From contig NC_043003.1 of assembly GCF_006345805.1 (NCBI RefSeq), positions 100,192,001 through 100,256,000 of the forward strand: a stretch of DNA of 64,000 nt, written 5' to 3'. The stretch comes from Octopus sinensis (lineage: Eukaryota). The stretch's first letter is position 1; each line of letters starts with the position of its first letter. A program made the translations under genes and the position numbers. A model generated the notes under the pieces. That model saw nothing but the letters and a program-made list of their open reading frames with translations. It made no database searches and was not told the origin of the DNA. Shown one piece after another: positions 28,923 through 40,860 of this stretch.

Positions 28923-31245
28923 CTGTAGAAAAAAGGAAAAAAAGGGAAAGAATAAGTGAAATTATTAACTACCTAAATTAGATTGCATAAGGAATGGTGA
29001 AATAAATAAGATTTAGATTTCCTTTATGATGGTCATTTTGTTATGAGTTTGCAACACCATTTACAAGGAAGGGAAACCCAGATCAACCCTGACTGAGTAT
29101 ACCTTTGATCAAAAGCATTTCAGCTGTGCCCACATTCACTGCTTAGTCAAATACAGTGTATACTTAGGATTACATAATTCAATGTATCCTTTTTTAACAC
29201 AACTCAGTGTCTGTTTCTAGCAGGTTGAGCAACCACATACAGGCCCTATCAATGCTTGCTTAATCACTGCAAAACCTGGTTAAAAGTCAATTCATAACAG
29301 ATGTTCTAGGTTTAAATCTCATAGGAATTTACTTTCATCTCTTTGGTATAGTAATATGAGTTGACTCAATCAACAATACCCACACACTTAGTAAACTCAC
29401 TATGTGACTTGGTTTCCATTCCATGTTGTAAGCATTTCACTTCATTTACCTCAAAAATACTTTTGAGAAAGAGACAAAATACAATCTTTCCCATACAAAT
29501 ACACGGCCTTGTGTTTCAAAACAAAATGATGGAAGTTGGTACTTAGGAGGGCAAGCACCAGAAATGTAAGCACCCTGTAAATTGATTAGTGACTCAATAC
29601 CTTTAGAAAAGGAATGAACATCACATCCTTTTACTCTTTGCTAAATATCTCAGATTTTATAATGTAAAAAGTAAAATTATGAAAATGCAACAGGAAAAAT
29701 TGGTCTGCTGACAAACTGTATCATCTCTCTTTGTCTCTTCCACCAAAATCCACATCTGTCAAAGAGCAACCGACTGAAGTCAAACTTACTGCCATCACTC
29801 CTAACCTCACCTGGAGTACAAGCTCTCCACCAAGCATTTCCAATATGACCTACACCTAGACAGCTTACCAAATGGTTTGACTAATTCTTCTTCCTTAATG
29901 AGAAAGAGACTGATTGGCATAAACTCATTCAGTCACACTCCAGGCTCTGGTCCACAAGTAAACTGAATCCTCTCTCTACCCTTTTTACTGATACTATAAT
30001 GGCCTCTGTTTTTGGAGTTACATGGATTTGTGACTCATGCATCTCCAATCCACTTGTCTTTCCTCCCCTCTTCACTTTTCTTGTGTCTAACTGTCTAGGC
30101 CCAAAATTCATCACTACATCCTGCTTTCCTGGAACATGGACCCTTTTATCTCCTCCCAGCAGATGCTGACTTGCAACAGTTTAATGGTATCTATCTCATT
30201 GAATTCAGAAGGCCAGTTCCTTCCACCAGAACATAAATTTAAAAAAATAAAATAAAAACCTCATATCCAGCTGAAATTTGTCATCTACCCATATAACTTC
30301 ATTCAACTAAGCCCCTTCAATGATTGACAAAGAACATTAATCCCATCTAATTACCCTTATATGCCAGTAAAAGAGATTGGAAAAAAAAACTTTCTCAAAT
30401 CTTAAAAAAAAAAAGAGGGGAGGGCAGTTTTCTACTTCCATGGCTTCTTCAAATAATGATTTCTAAAATTAGCACAAGGCCTGAAATTGCTAGAGGAAGA
30501 GTATAGAGAATTGAATCTACCATCTACATTACTATACTCAATTTCAATTAACTTTGAATAGATAGAAGACAAAAGAAAAAAAAGTGATCCTAGCTAGATT
30601 TGAACTCAGCATGGAAGGACATAGCTAAATACTGCACAATATTTGGTGGTCCTTTGTTTTTGCACCTTTACTAGCTTGCGGTATCTTAAAACGATGACTA
30701 AAAGCCTATTAAAGCTCTTAAAGAGGGTCTTCAGATAATAGTGATTTTAGTACAAGCCTCTTGCATTAAGTGAGAGATAAATCTTTTTATTGGATAGGAC
30801 ATAATATTCCCAAATGAATTTAGACTATGTCAGTGTTCTGATTGAAATAAATGAATAAAATACTAGGAACAGATTTAAACTCACTGATCTATGAGCAAGT
30901 AATCCCAATATATTATATCTTTTGTCATCCTAGTTTACTATAGCTTCTGAGCCTCCAAAATATAAATGAACTTTTACAATGACAAATGTTATTTTTAATA
31001 ACAATTTGCAGTTTAATAAACTTAATGATGTTTCATATAACAGTATTGCTGCTCTAGCAGGTTTATCTAGAGCTTCAACATAAACAACAGAGCAGCCATC
31101 AGCCACCAAGTAATGTGCAGCAATAGTGACAGACTAAAGTAAAGCACATCCAGTATGTTGAGTGTGAATGTCAATGAGTAGCCTGAGTAGAAAGAAAAAA
31201 AAGAAGATTGAAATGATTTTAAACATTGACTGGGGTTGTACTTAC

Positions 31246-31327
31246 CTCAAGTAATGCTAGAAGAAACAGCTGCCTGATGTCATCATCTGTGGCACTGTTG
31301 GTTTGGGCAAACAACCATTGGAAATAT
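31246..31327 (-). CDS. SMG1: SMG1 exon (82 nt)
   Basis: tttgcag|A TAT..GAG|gtaagt. Encodes YFQWLFAQTNSATDDDIRQLFLLALLE, similar to human IFKWIFSKFSSSAKDEVKLLYL. Confidence 0.92.
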
Positions 31328-31682
31328 CTGCAAACATATAAATGGAATAACATTTAATGCTATTTCTGAAAGTCAAACACACACACACACACACACACAC
31401 ACCAGCCATAGTATTTTCCTAATATTTAAATATCTTCATCTTTCTAGACTTGAAGTCAAAATTATAACAGTTAATATTTCAAGCTACGTAACTCCACAAT
31501 CTACACACATTTTCTAAAATCATTCTTACACTTGGTATTCAATATTAGATAGTTACAAACAATTTGTCTTAGTATTTAGATTTAAGGAAATAGTTTAAAA
31601 GGATAAATATAAATTGGTTCATATAAGGTCAATCACAAAAGGAAACTTCTATTAGATGATAGAAGTTAATAGCAGTACTTAC

Positions 31683-31760
31683 CTATCAGCATTTGGTCCC
31701 ATTATACTGCCTACTGTTCCAATACATAAAGCAACCTCATACTTTATTTCTTTATAGATT
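31683..31760 (-). CDS. SMG1: SMG1 exon (78 nt)
   Basis: cctgtag|A ATC..AG|gtaagt. Encodes IYKEIKYEVALCIGTVGSIMGPNAD(R), similar to human LQELRQEGACCLGLLCASLSYEAE. Confidence 0.9.
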
Positions 31761-32163
31761 CTACAGGAGGTAAATGGAGACAAAATGTTAGTAAAAATTT
31801 GATTAAAGGAACCAAAGTATTTACTTATGGTTATTTAATTCTAACTAATGATTACTAAAGTTTTTAATCAATTATTAATCAAAATGGTAGAATACTAACA
31901 AGGATTTCAGGCTCCACTATATCTATTGAACTACTCCAGCCACTCTAAACAAGGTAAATTACTTGTTTCAGTCAATCTGGCTGAGAAGAAAAGTTAATAT
32001 TAAAAAAAGGACATCTTATAACATTAACCTCTTCACTATTAAAAGGTAAGCAATAACATATTCACCTGCTTCTATCAAGTAAAACATTCAGTGACAAATA
32101 ATCAGAAAGTATTTCATCAATACAATTCTATAGTTGTGAGATGCAGAATTCATATTATGTATA

Positions 32164-33537
32164 TAGGCAAACCTCACCCTATGTTGTTAATTGGTTCCAA
32201 GAGACACAACTTAAGTCAAATTAACTTTTTTCTAGGCTAGGCCGAATTTTCTTGTCTCTAGGTTAAACCAATAATAAACATTCCCAGTTCTGTACTTTAT
32301 TTACGAATGCATTTTCAATAATACATGGTTAATAAAAACCTATTTTAAGCTTACAAACAAAATTTTTATTTTTTAATACAGTACAGTAACAAAAAAATGT
32401 TAATTTATGAATACAATTTGGCAGTGTTTACCGTGCATTGCAGATGCTCTATCTACGAATGGGGTTTGTAATAAGACATGGTAAAATAAAAGCCTTTTTA
32501 AGCTTAAAAACAAGTTCAGTAATTATTATTATTTTGCAATAGTAAAAAAAACCAAAAATATTTTAAATAAAAAATTCTGCTGCTGCTTGTTTGTCAGCTG
32601 ATACACTTTCACCTTGCTTCTTAATGGAGTGATAACTTCTTTGCTCCTTAAATCTCAGGAACCATCTTTGACTTGCCTTGAACTCTAGATCTTTCTCATC
32701 TGGATATTTTTCCTTCAGGTCCTCAAACAAAGACAATGCTTTCCCTTCAATGATTTCTTAACTAATAGAAGCACACTGACACTTCAACCTAACAATCCAA
32801 AGAGAAAGAAGACTTTCCATTTCTTCAAAGATTTTGCCTCTTTTCTCATTGATGTCAGTGTTCTTCATTCTGGGGCTTCAGATTTGATATGTGCTAAAAT
32901 CTTGTCCTTATTATGTACAATTGTTGATACAGCTGTCTGACTCATCCCAAAAGATTTTGCAATTGCTACCACATTTTCACCTTTTTCATGGTGGTTTATC
33001 ATAGCCAGTTTATCTTCCAGTGTTATAGTATGACGCTTAGCTCTTTCACAAAGAATTTTCTTAGGAGCCATGAGGATAAAAAATAAAATTACAAATGAAT
33101 GAGAATGAGAAAGTAGCTGATAAACAGATGCACACAAATCTGAAGTCAAAAGAATCGTGGGAATCACAAGTGACAACAACGCCTAATGGTAGATATTGGA
33201 ACTACAGTGCAATATGAGTTCCGAAGGAACGATAAGACAACGCAGCTGATTTCATGATTTCGTTCACTAAGCTACACTACTTTATGGTGTGTATCTTAAC
33301 ATTTACTGTACGTATTTTAATATGATTTTATATGCTTTTATTCTTATTTATTGTATCATGATTTTATGTGCTTTTAACAGTTTTCTAGTGATTTTAACAT
33401 TCCAATATTTGTGGCGGACAGACGTAAAATCAAGTAAAATGACTTAACTCGATTTTTACTTTACCATATATTATTTTTCAAATTACGTATAACTAAGAAT
33501 AACTTAGATCAAAATGACTTAAGCCAAGGTATACCTG
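32164..33537 (-). mobile_element. pogo/Tigger-like DNA transposon, truncated before the DDE domain
   Basis: MAPKK..RHTITLEDKLAMI..GMSQTAVSTIVHNKDKI (HTH_psq-like), then EMESLLSLW..KALSLFEDLK..FKASQRWFLRFK (CENP-B HTH-like). Degenerate TIRs CAGGTATACC / TAGGCAAACC flanked by TA. Confidence 0.88.
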
Positions 33538-33559
33538 TACTGTTTATATTAGTTGGACT

Positions 33560-34050
33560 GGTGTCTTCATCTTGATTGTTGCTTTCACTACATTTCAGCT
33601 GTTACGTGTTCCAGCCATCATCAGGTGTCATGTTGAACTCAGTTGCTGTATCAAATTTTTGAAACTAAACTTCTATTTGACCCATGGTGTACAGTTTCCA
33701 TTCTGCTCTTTGCCTTTCACAACATTTTTTGTTTCAGTTGCTTTTCTTGAATTACCTCTCTGTGCCTTGCTTGGGAATGAACTTAAAACTTCTAGGTCAC
33801 TGTACTATATTAACCAACATCTTTATCTACTATGCTATGCCCATAGACAGTGACAATGCATTTTTAAGACTTATAAACCTAATGTCTATGTAATCTGTTG
33901 TGATAGTCTGCTCTTTTCTTTCATAATTATTGCTTCCCATATTGTATTAATTTCTGCAATTAGCCTGCTTAGGAGGTAGTTATGTCCTAGTATGTGTGCT
34001 GCTTCCCTAAGTTTTCTAAACTACAGTGGTGTTCATTAATATTTGTAAAC
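33560..34050 (-). mobile_element. Penelope-like element 3' end with pLTR
   Basis: RKLREAAHILGHNYLLSR..INTIWEAII, homologous to the 21500-21700 remnant; ends GACACCTGATGATGGCTGG..CAGCTGAAA..CAAGATGAAGAC. Confidence 0.8.
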
Positions 34051-35207
34051 TATAAATGTGGTGAGCTGGCAGAATTGTTACTGCTCCAGGAAAAATGCTT
34101 CACAACATTTCTTCCTACTTTATGTTCTGAGTTCAAATTCCACTTTGCCTTTCATCCTTTTGAGGTTGATGAAATAAGTACCAGTTGAACACTGGGGTCA
34201 ATGTAATTGAGTTAACCTCTGCCTCAAAATTGCAGGCTTTGTGCCAAAATTTTAAACCAATATTTGAAAACTATCATCAGTAGAGCATATGGTGAACTAT
34301 GGGAATCCTAAAGAGACACAAGCAATTCAAACAAGTCCCTTGCTGAAAATTTGTTTACTAACCACATTAATTCATTATACGTATAATAAAACTATGTATA
34401 TAATTGACTAAGGAGATACAAAGTCAAAATATTGTGGTGTCTCAAAATTCCCTTCAACCATTGAAATGTGCATGTTATGAACACACATTATCTAAGGAGA
34501 GATTAGATATTAATATCCAAATTTACCAGAACATTTAAGAATAAATAGATATGTTATTGTTTAGATTCTTGATGCTTTGCATGCACCACATGGATTATTA
34601 TCTGTTTGATATATATCAGCAAATGCTTGCTAATTCCTATAAACAAAAGTTTGTGTTCTTGCTAGATTTGTAGGTCTCATGGAATAGCTTCGACTGAGGA
34701 GATACAATAAAGTTGAAACACTACAGCATCTAAAAGTCTTCTTACACTAGTGAATCGTGTGTGTTATGAGCAAACAACAACCATCATATATTCACATTTG
34801 AAGCTGCCAGAACATATCAAAAATGAATACATAAATCATTGGGTGTGTACAATTGCATTTTCAACTCTTTTATATCTATTTGTTTAATTTAAGATGAGTG
34901 TGATGGCATTTGCAAATGTAGACATTTTATATTTTAGGATCAGCATTTTACTGCTTATTGACTCATCACTCACCCACAAAATAAAAGTGGAACCAATCCA
35001 GAGTCATGCAGGTTGAGGTAAGTAGTTTACTTTTCTTGTTCAAGAGAATATAACAATGGTTATATTAAGAAAGTAAAGTGATGTTCATATGTTCAGTCAT
35101 TCAACTCCTTAAGAACTAAACTGACTGAAGAAAGCAGGAAAAAAAAATTAAATACAAACACAAAAGAAAGAAAAGCTACAAGAAATAAACGGTGATGTAA
35201 TAATTAC

Positions 35208-35266
35208 CTTTCATAGAAAAGATCTTGAAGTGCAGCAAGTAACTCTTCAGTTACTTTTGCAGCAAC
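35208..35266 (-). CDS. SMG1: SMG1 exon (59 nt)
   Basis: tttgcag|GTT..AG|gtaatt. Encodes VAAKVTEELLAALQDLFYE(R), similar to human VLVKQLDNILAAVHDVLNE; phases fit both neighbours. Confidence 0.9.
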
Positions 35267-37683
35267 CTGCAAATACAGAGAAAAATAGATGAATAATTTC
35301 TTAGGTAACAACAAGACCAAAAATATATAGGAAGGGAACAGTTAAGAAGATTAACCCTAAGAGCAATGACATGTAAATTCAACCTCAGAGTTGAACTTTA
35401 AATGTAAAGGAATGTAAAAATCAAGACATTTTATCTTCAACTCTATTAATTTTGCCAGCCCATTACCCTTATGGAAATAAGAACCTTTGACTTCAACTTT
35501 TTTAAGGGACAAAATGATTAGTGGTGTTTTGTCTGTCTTTATGTTCTGAGTTCAACTTTGCCTTTCATCCTTTCGGGGTCAATAAATTAAGTACAGTTGC
35601 ATACAGGGGTTGATCTAATTGACTGGGCCCCCTCCCCCAAAATTTCGGGCCTTGTGCCTAGAGTAGAAAAAAATATTTAAAAATAATAATAATAATAATG
35701 ATGATAACTAGACTACCAGTGATCCATTGAGTCACTGGGGAAGTGATCACTACCAGTGATCCATTGAGTCACTGGGGAAGTCCGAGTTTACCAGCAACAG
35801 AGTTTTGCTTCATGGGTTTTTTTTTTTCTTCTTTTCCATGTTATTTTGCATGCTTTCAAGGAATGTGACATCAAAATCACATGTAAATGGCTCCTTTCCC
35901 AAGAAAAGGAAAGATTTGGCTGCTATTTCTTGCATGCTCTGCTACCATGTAACAGATATTTCAGGTTCTTTATCGCAAATAGCTGTAATGTGGTGGCATA
36001 GCAACCAAATCTTTGGAGGTGAGATACGTTGAATGCATTTGAAAAGGTTACAAATGGGTCTTTTATGAAATATTTACTGTATTGTTAAAGTCATTTTCAC
36101 TTAAGTGTTTAATAGAAAATTTAAACTTTCTGCAACTGGATGCCCTTCCCATTGTCAATCCTCACCTATTTCCAAAGAAGGTAATATTTCCCCATGGCCA
36201 GACATTTTCTTGTCAAATATTGGAAATGAATGCGTTATCCCGAGATGAGACACTATTTTTGCAACTATACCTTAACCTTGTCAAGAATAAGGTACTAAGA
36301 ATAAAATTATTTGGCTAAATACAGGATTAAACACTGCTTTTAATATCAAATTCTACAGTACAAACTTAAATTTTTAGGTGATCTAAATAAAAACATTCAT
36401 GATAATTTTATGTTAAATTATGTTTCAAACACTAGCTAAATAACTACAACGTTATTAAGTAAAATAAAGTCGTTATTTAGCAAAATAAAGTTATTTTACT
36501 AAATTCATTATTTCATCAGCTTAATAATGAAAAAATTATTTTGCTAGTCTTCATTATTTTAAAAATAAGACAGTTATTTGATTAAATTCTTCACTATATT
36601 CGAAATTTATTGAAACAAATGAAGGGTATTTCAATAGAAATATAGTAACAAAAGTAATAAAATGATCTAAGTTTTAAACCCTCCATCACAATTTCATGTT
36701 AATTTAAGTTCCAAACACTAATTACTTCAACTAAACTCTTCATTATGTTCACAATTAATTGAAATAAAGGTATTGTATTTCAAGAGAAATACAGTAAGAA
36801 AAGGACAAACAATACTTTGTTACTGTCGAGACAAATTTTACTTTTCTTCATGCTCAACCAGGCCACTGGTTAGCTAGCACAAAGGAAACTATATGTACTT
36901 CAAATGGTCAAGCCAAAAGATTGGTTAGTTTTTCTCTACATAAATATGGAAATGAAATCACTCTTTTATCCTACTGATTCTGAGAGATATTAATTGGAAT
37001 TAACAGGAAGGCAATATCCAAAACTAACCAAGTTGATAGGATACTCAACCAACTCACACATTTGGCAGTTTTGTATATTAACACAGTCATTACACTATGT
37101 CCAATACACTTAAGTTCTAATAGTACATTCCACCTAAAAGTACATACTATGCAATACAGCTCATTGCAATAACCAACAGCAGCACTGTTTTTTTTTGTGC
37201 CTGCAGTGTCAGTTCAGAAGTACAGCACTTTTCAAAAGAAGCAAGATCAGATATTAAGCTAATCCAATACTTCTATAATAAACACAGAATTAGAAACAGA
37301 AAGTTCTAGAAAAGATAATGACAATACATATTGGGTTATGTATTCCACAAAATGTATGGTGATGAAATAGCAAAGCTAGTTTTGAATCTGGAAGAGCAAT
37401 TTGTATCCTGTTATGGAAACTACACCACTTAGAGAATCCTAGCTAACCAAGTTTATCATTATTAGACGAATGCATCAGGAAATATTTGGGTTTTAAATCC
37501 ACTTATACCTGCACTTCCACTTTGAAAATCCTCTAATTTCCACCGGATCTTTCCAAATTATAGCTGAAGCTCTTACTAAGGTAACAAAACAGATTTTTCT
37601 GCCAGAGAATATTGCAAATAAGAGATATTGACTGTTTCAGCCAATTGTAAAACAAATAGCTGTCCTCAATATTATTCTCAAAA

Positions 37684-37723
<40 letters not shown>

Positions 37724-37817
37724 AGTTGAAAATAGGTATCATGAGGAGCTACAGGCTTTTACTGTTAGTGGTGAGAATACTGTACAGCTGAAAAGTATTT
37801 CATTAGCTTGCCAATGG

Positions 37818-40800
37818 TCATCATCATCATTTAATGTCTGCTTTCCATGCTGGCATGGGTTGGACGGTTTGACTGAGGGATGGCAAGCCAGAAGGCTGCA
37901 TCAGGCTCCAATCTAATCTGGTAAAGTTTCTACAGCTGGATGCCCTTTCTAATGCCAACCACTCCGGGTGTAGTGGGTGCTTTTTATGTGCTACCGGCAT
38001 GAGTACCAGTCAGGAGATACTGGCATTGACCAGGAGCCAGTCTGGCACCACTGGCATCGACTATGCGTGAATGGTGCTTTTTATGTGCCACCAGCAGGGG
38101 TGCCAATCAGACGGTACTGTCATTGGCCACAACAGGTCTTCACAAACGCAGTTTATTGCCCAATGATTGAAGGGTACTCTTAAATGGGCTGGTTATGCTG
38201 TACTGACATAGGCCACGGTTACGGTCTCACTTGGCTTGCCGGGTCTTCTCAAGTACAGCATATCTCCAAAGGTCTCGGTTAATTGTCATCACCTTGATGA
38301 GGCCCAACGTTCAAAGGTCACACATCACCAGCTCATCCCAGGTCTTCCACTTCCACAGGTTCCCTGTACTGCTAGGGTATGACACATTTTCACACAGCTG
38401 TCCTCTTCCACGTGCAATACATGACCATACCAATGCAGTCATCTCTCTTGCACACCACCTCTGATGCTTCTTATGTCCAACTTTTCCCTCAGGGCGCTTA
38501 CACTCTGTTGTATATGCACGGACATTACACATGCAGCAGAACAAACTAGCTTCATTCCTTGCAAGCTTATGCATGTCATCAGCAGTCATGGCCCGTGTTT
38601 CACTGCCATGTAGCATGGCTGTTCACACACATGCATCATACAGTCTAACTTTTACTATGAGCAAGAGGCCCTTTGTCACCAGCAAAGGTAGGAGCTCTCT
38701 GAACTTTGCCCAGGCTATTCTTATTCTAGCAGCAACACTAAGAGCATCCAGCCCTGATACTGACTTGGTTACCTAGGTAACAGAAGCTATCAACTACTTG
38801 CAGTTTCTCCCCCTGGCATGTGATGGAAGCTGTTTTCCGCACATTTTCAGTGTTTATTGTCCCTGAGCAATAAACACTGTTAGCCTTCCTTTGATATTGC
38901 TGTACCTCTCATGTGTCCATAGCTTACACCAGTTACATCTTATGGAGTTTCTATGCCTTTTCTACAGATTGAGCAAGACCATCTACCTGAAGGGATTTGT
39001 TATTTGTCTGCCTTCCTACTTATTAAGACTTTGGTTTTTGCTAGGTTGACTCTAAGGCCTTTTGATTCTACACCTTGCTTCCACACCTGTAACTTCTCTA
39101 GTTCTGATAGTGACTCAGCTAGTAGAGCAAGGCCATCAGCATAGAGAAGATCCCAGGGGCATCCTGTCTTGAATTCCTCTGTTATTGCCTGGAGGATTAT
39201 GATGAATAAGAGGGGTCTGAGGACTGATTCTTGGTGTCCCCTACCCAGAATTCTTCACTATACTTGTTGTCAACCCTCACCTAACTGACAGCATCCCTGT
39301 AAATGGCTTGTACAGCTCTCACTAACCACTCATCTATCCCCAGTTTCCTCATTGACTACCAGATAAGGGATCAAGGGACCCTGTCAAAGGCTTTCTCCAT
39401 GTCAACAAAAGCCAGGTACAGAAGTTTATCTTTGGCTAGGTATTTCTCCTGCATCTGTCTTACCAGAAATATATCATCTGTGGTGCTTTTCCCTAACACA
39501 CAAACCCAAACTGCACCTCGTCTCAACTATCTCCCTAATTAGTTGGACTATGACCTTCTTTGTGACTTTCATTACCTGATCCAACAACTTGATACCTCTG
39601 TAATTATTCGTATCTAACGCATCACCTTTACCCTTGTAGCAGTTGACTATGGTGCTAATACACCAGTCATTGGGTATGACTTCTTCATGTATCACCTGAC
39701 TGACTATATAGGTGACTAGACTATAGCTGACACCACCAGATATTTTAAGCATCTCTGTGGTGATTCCTGATGGGCCGGGGGCTTTCCCTGTCTTCATATC
39801 CTTAATTGCTTTAGGGTACTGTCAATTCGGATACCCGGTCCCTCTGCTGGATTGACATTCAGCAGACTCTCTTTCTCCCATTCATTCTCTTCATTTAGCA
39901 ACCTTTCATAGTGGCGTCTCCAAGTCTCTCTCTTTGCAGCCTCATTAAATGCAAGTGAACCATCATCCATGCAGACACATTTCTCTCCTATGACATCACA
40001 ATTCTCTCTTACACACTGTCTTGCAACCTGAAATACTTCAAGCCATTAGTCCTCACAACACAGAACAATGACAAATTTTTTCTTATATGCTTCCCTTCTG
40101 GCTAAGTAAACCTGTCTCCTAGCTTACCTTCTGGCAATCTGATACAATTCCCTGCTACCACTGTTCTTCCAGTCCTTCCATGCTGGTTTCTTTTCCCTAA
40201 TGGCCTTGTCAACTACATTGTTCCACCACCACGTTACCATGGGACTTTGCACCATCTACAGATCATGTCCAGTAGGAACCTCCAGCTGTCTTCCACATCA
40301 TGTGATGCTATATCCCCTTCTATTTCATCAAACGCTTTGAGTAATGTCTCTAAATCTCTGTCCATTCCCAGGATCCTTAAGCTTCCAGACCCTTCTTCTC
40401 CATGCTGGTTGTCTTTTGGGTATCCATTTAGTCCCGATCCTGAAGTTTCTAACTACTAATCTAAGTTGTGGGGTACATTCTTCAACTGGGAAGGTTTTGG
40501 CATTTATAAGTAGTCATCTTTCTGGTTTCCTGGTGAGGGTGTAGTCAATTTGACTAGTGTGTCCACCAGATCGGTAGATGAATAGGTGACTGGCAGGTTT
40601 CCTGAAGTCAGTATTACAAACCATAAGATCATTTGCATTGCAGAACTCCATCAGCCTGGTTCCCTCCTCATTGCGGGAACCAAAACCATAGCCTCCATGT
40701 ATGCCATGGAAAACCCCTGCATGCTGTCCTGCATGCCCATTGAAGTTGCCAGCCACAAAGAGATGGTTCCCGTCTATTTGGCAACAAGGTAGTTTGCAAG

Positions 40801-40860
40801 AGGGTGTCATAAAATCAGTCTTTCTGTTCGTAAGGTAGCCCTGGCTGAGGGGCATAGGCC
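37818..40860 (-). mobile_element. RTE LINE, long decayed copy (APE C-terminus, RT, 3'UTR)
   Basis: GNFNGHAG..GYGFGSRNEEG..NTDFRK..QIDY; KAPGPSG..YRGIKLL; GCPWDLLYADG; (GAT)n tail; multiple frameshifts and stops. Confidence 0.93.

Noticed and set aside
37509-37563. 55-nt exon-like segment (IIWKDPVEIRGFSKWKC)
   Set aside because: Weak splice sites, open frame incompatible with the intron phase, and no SMG1 similarity.
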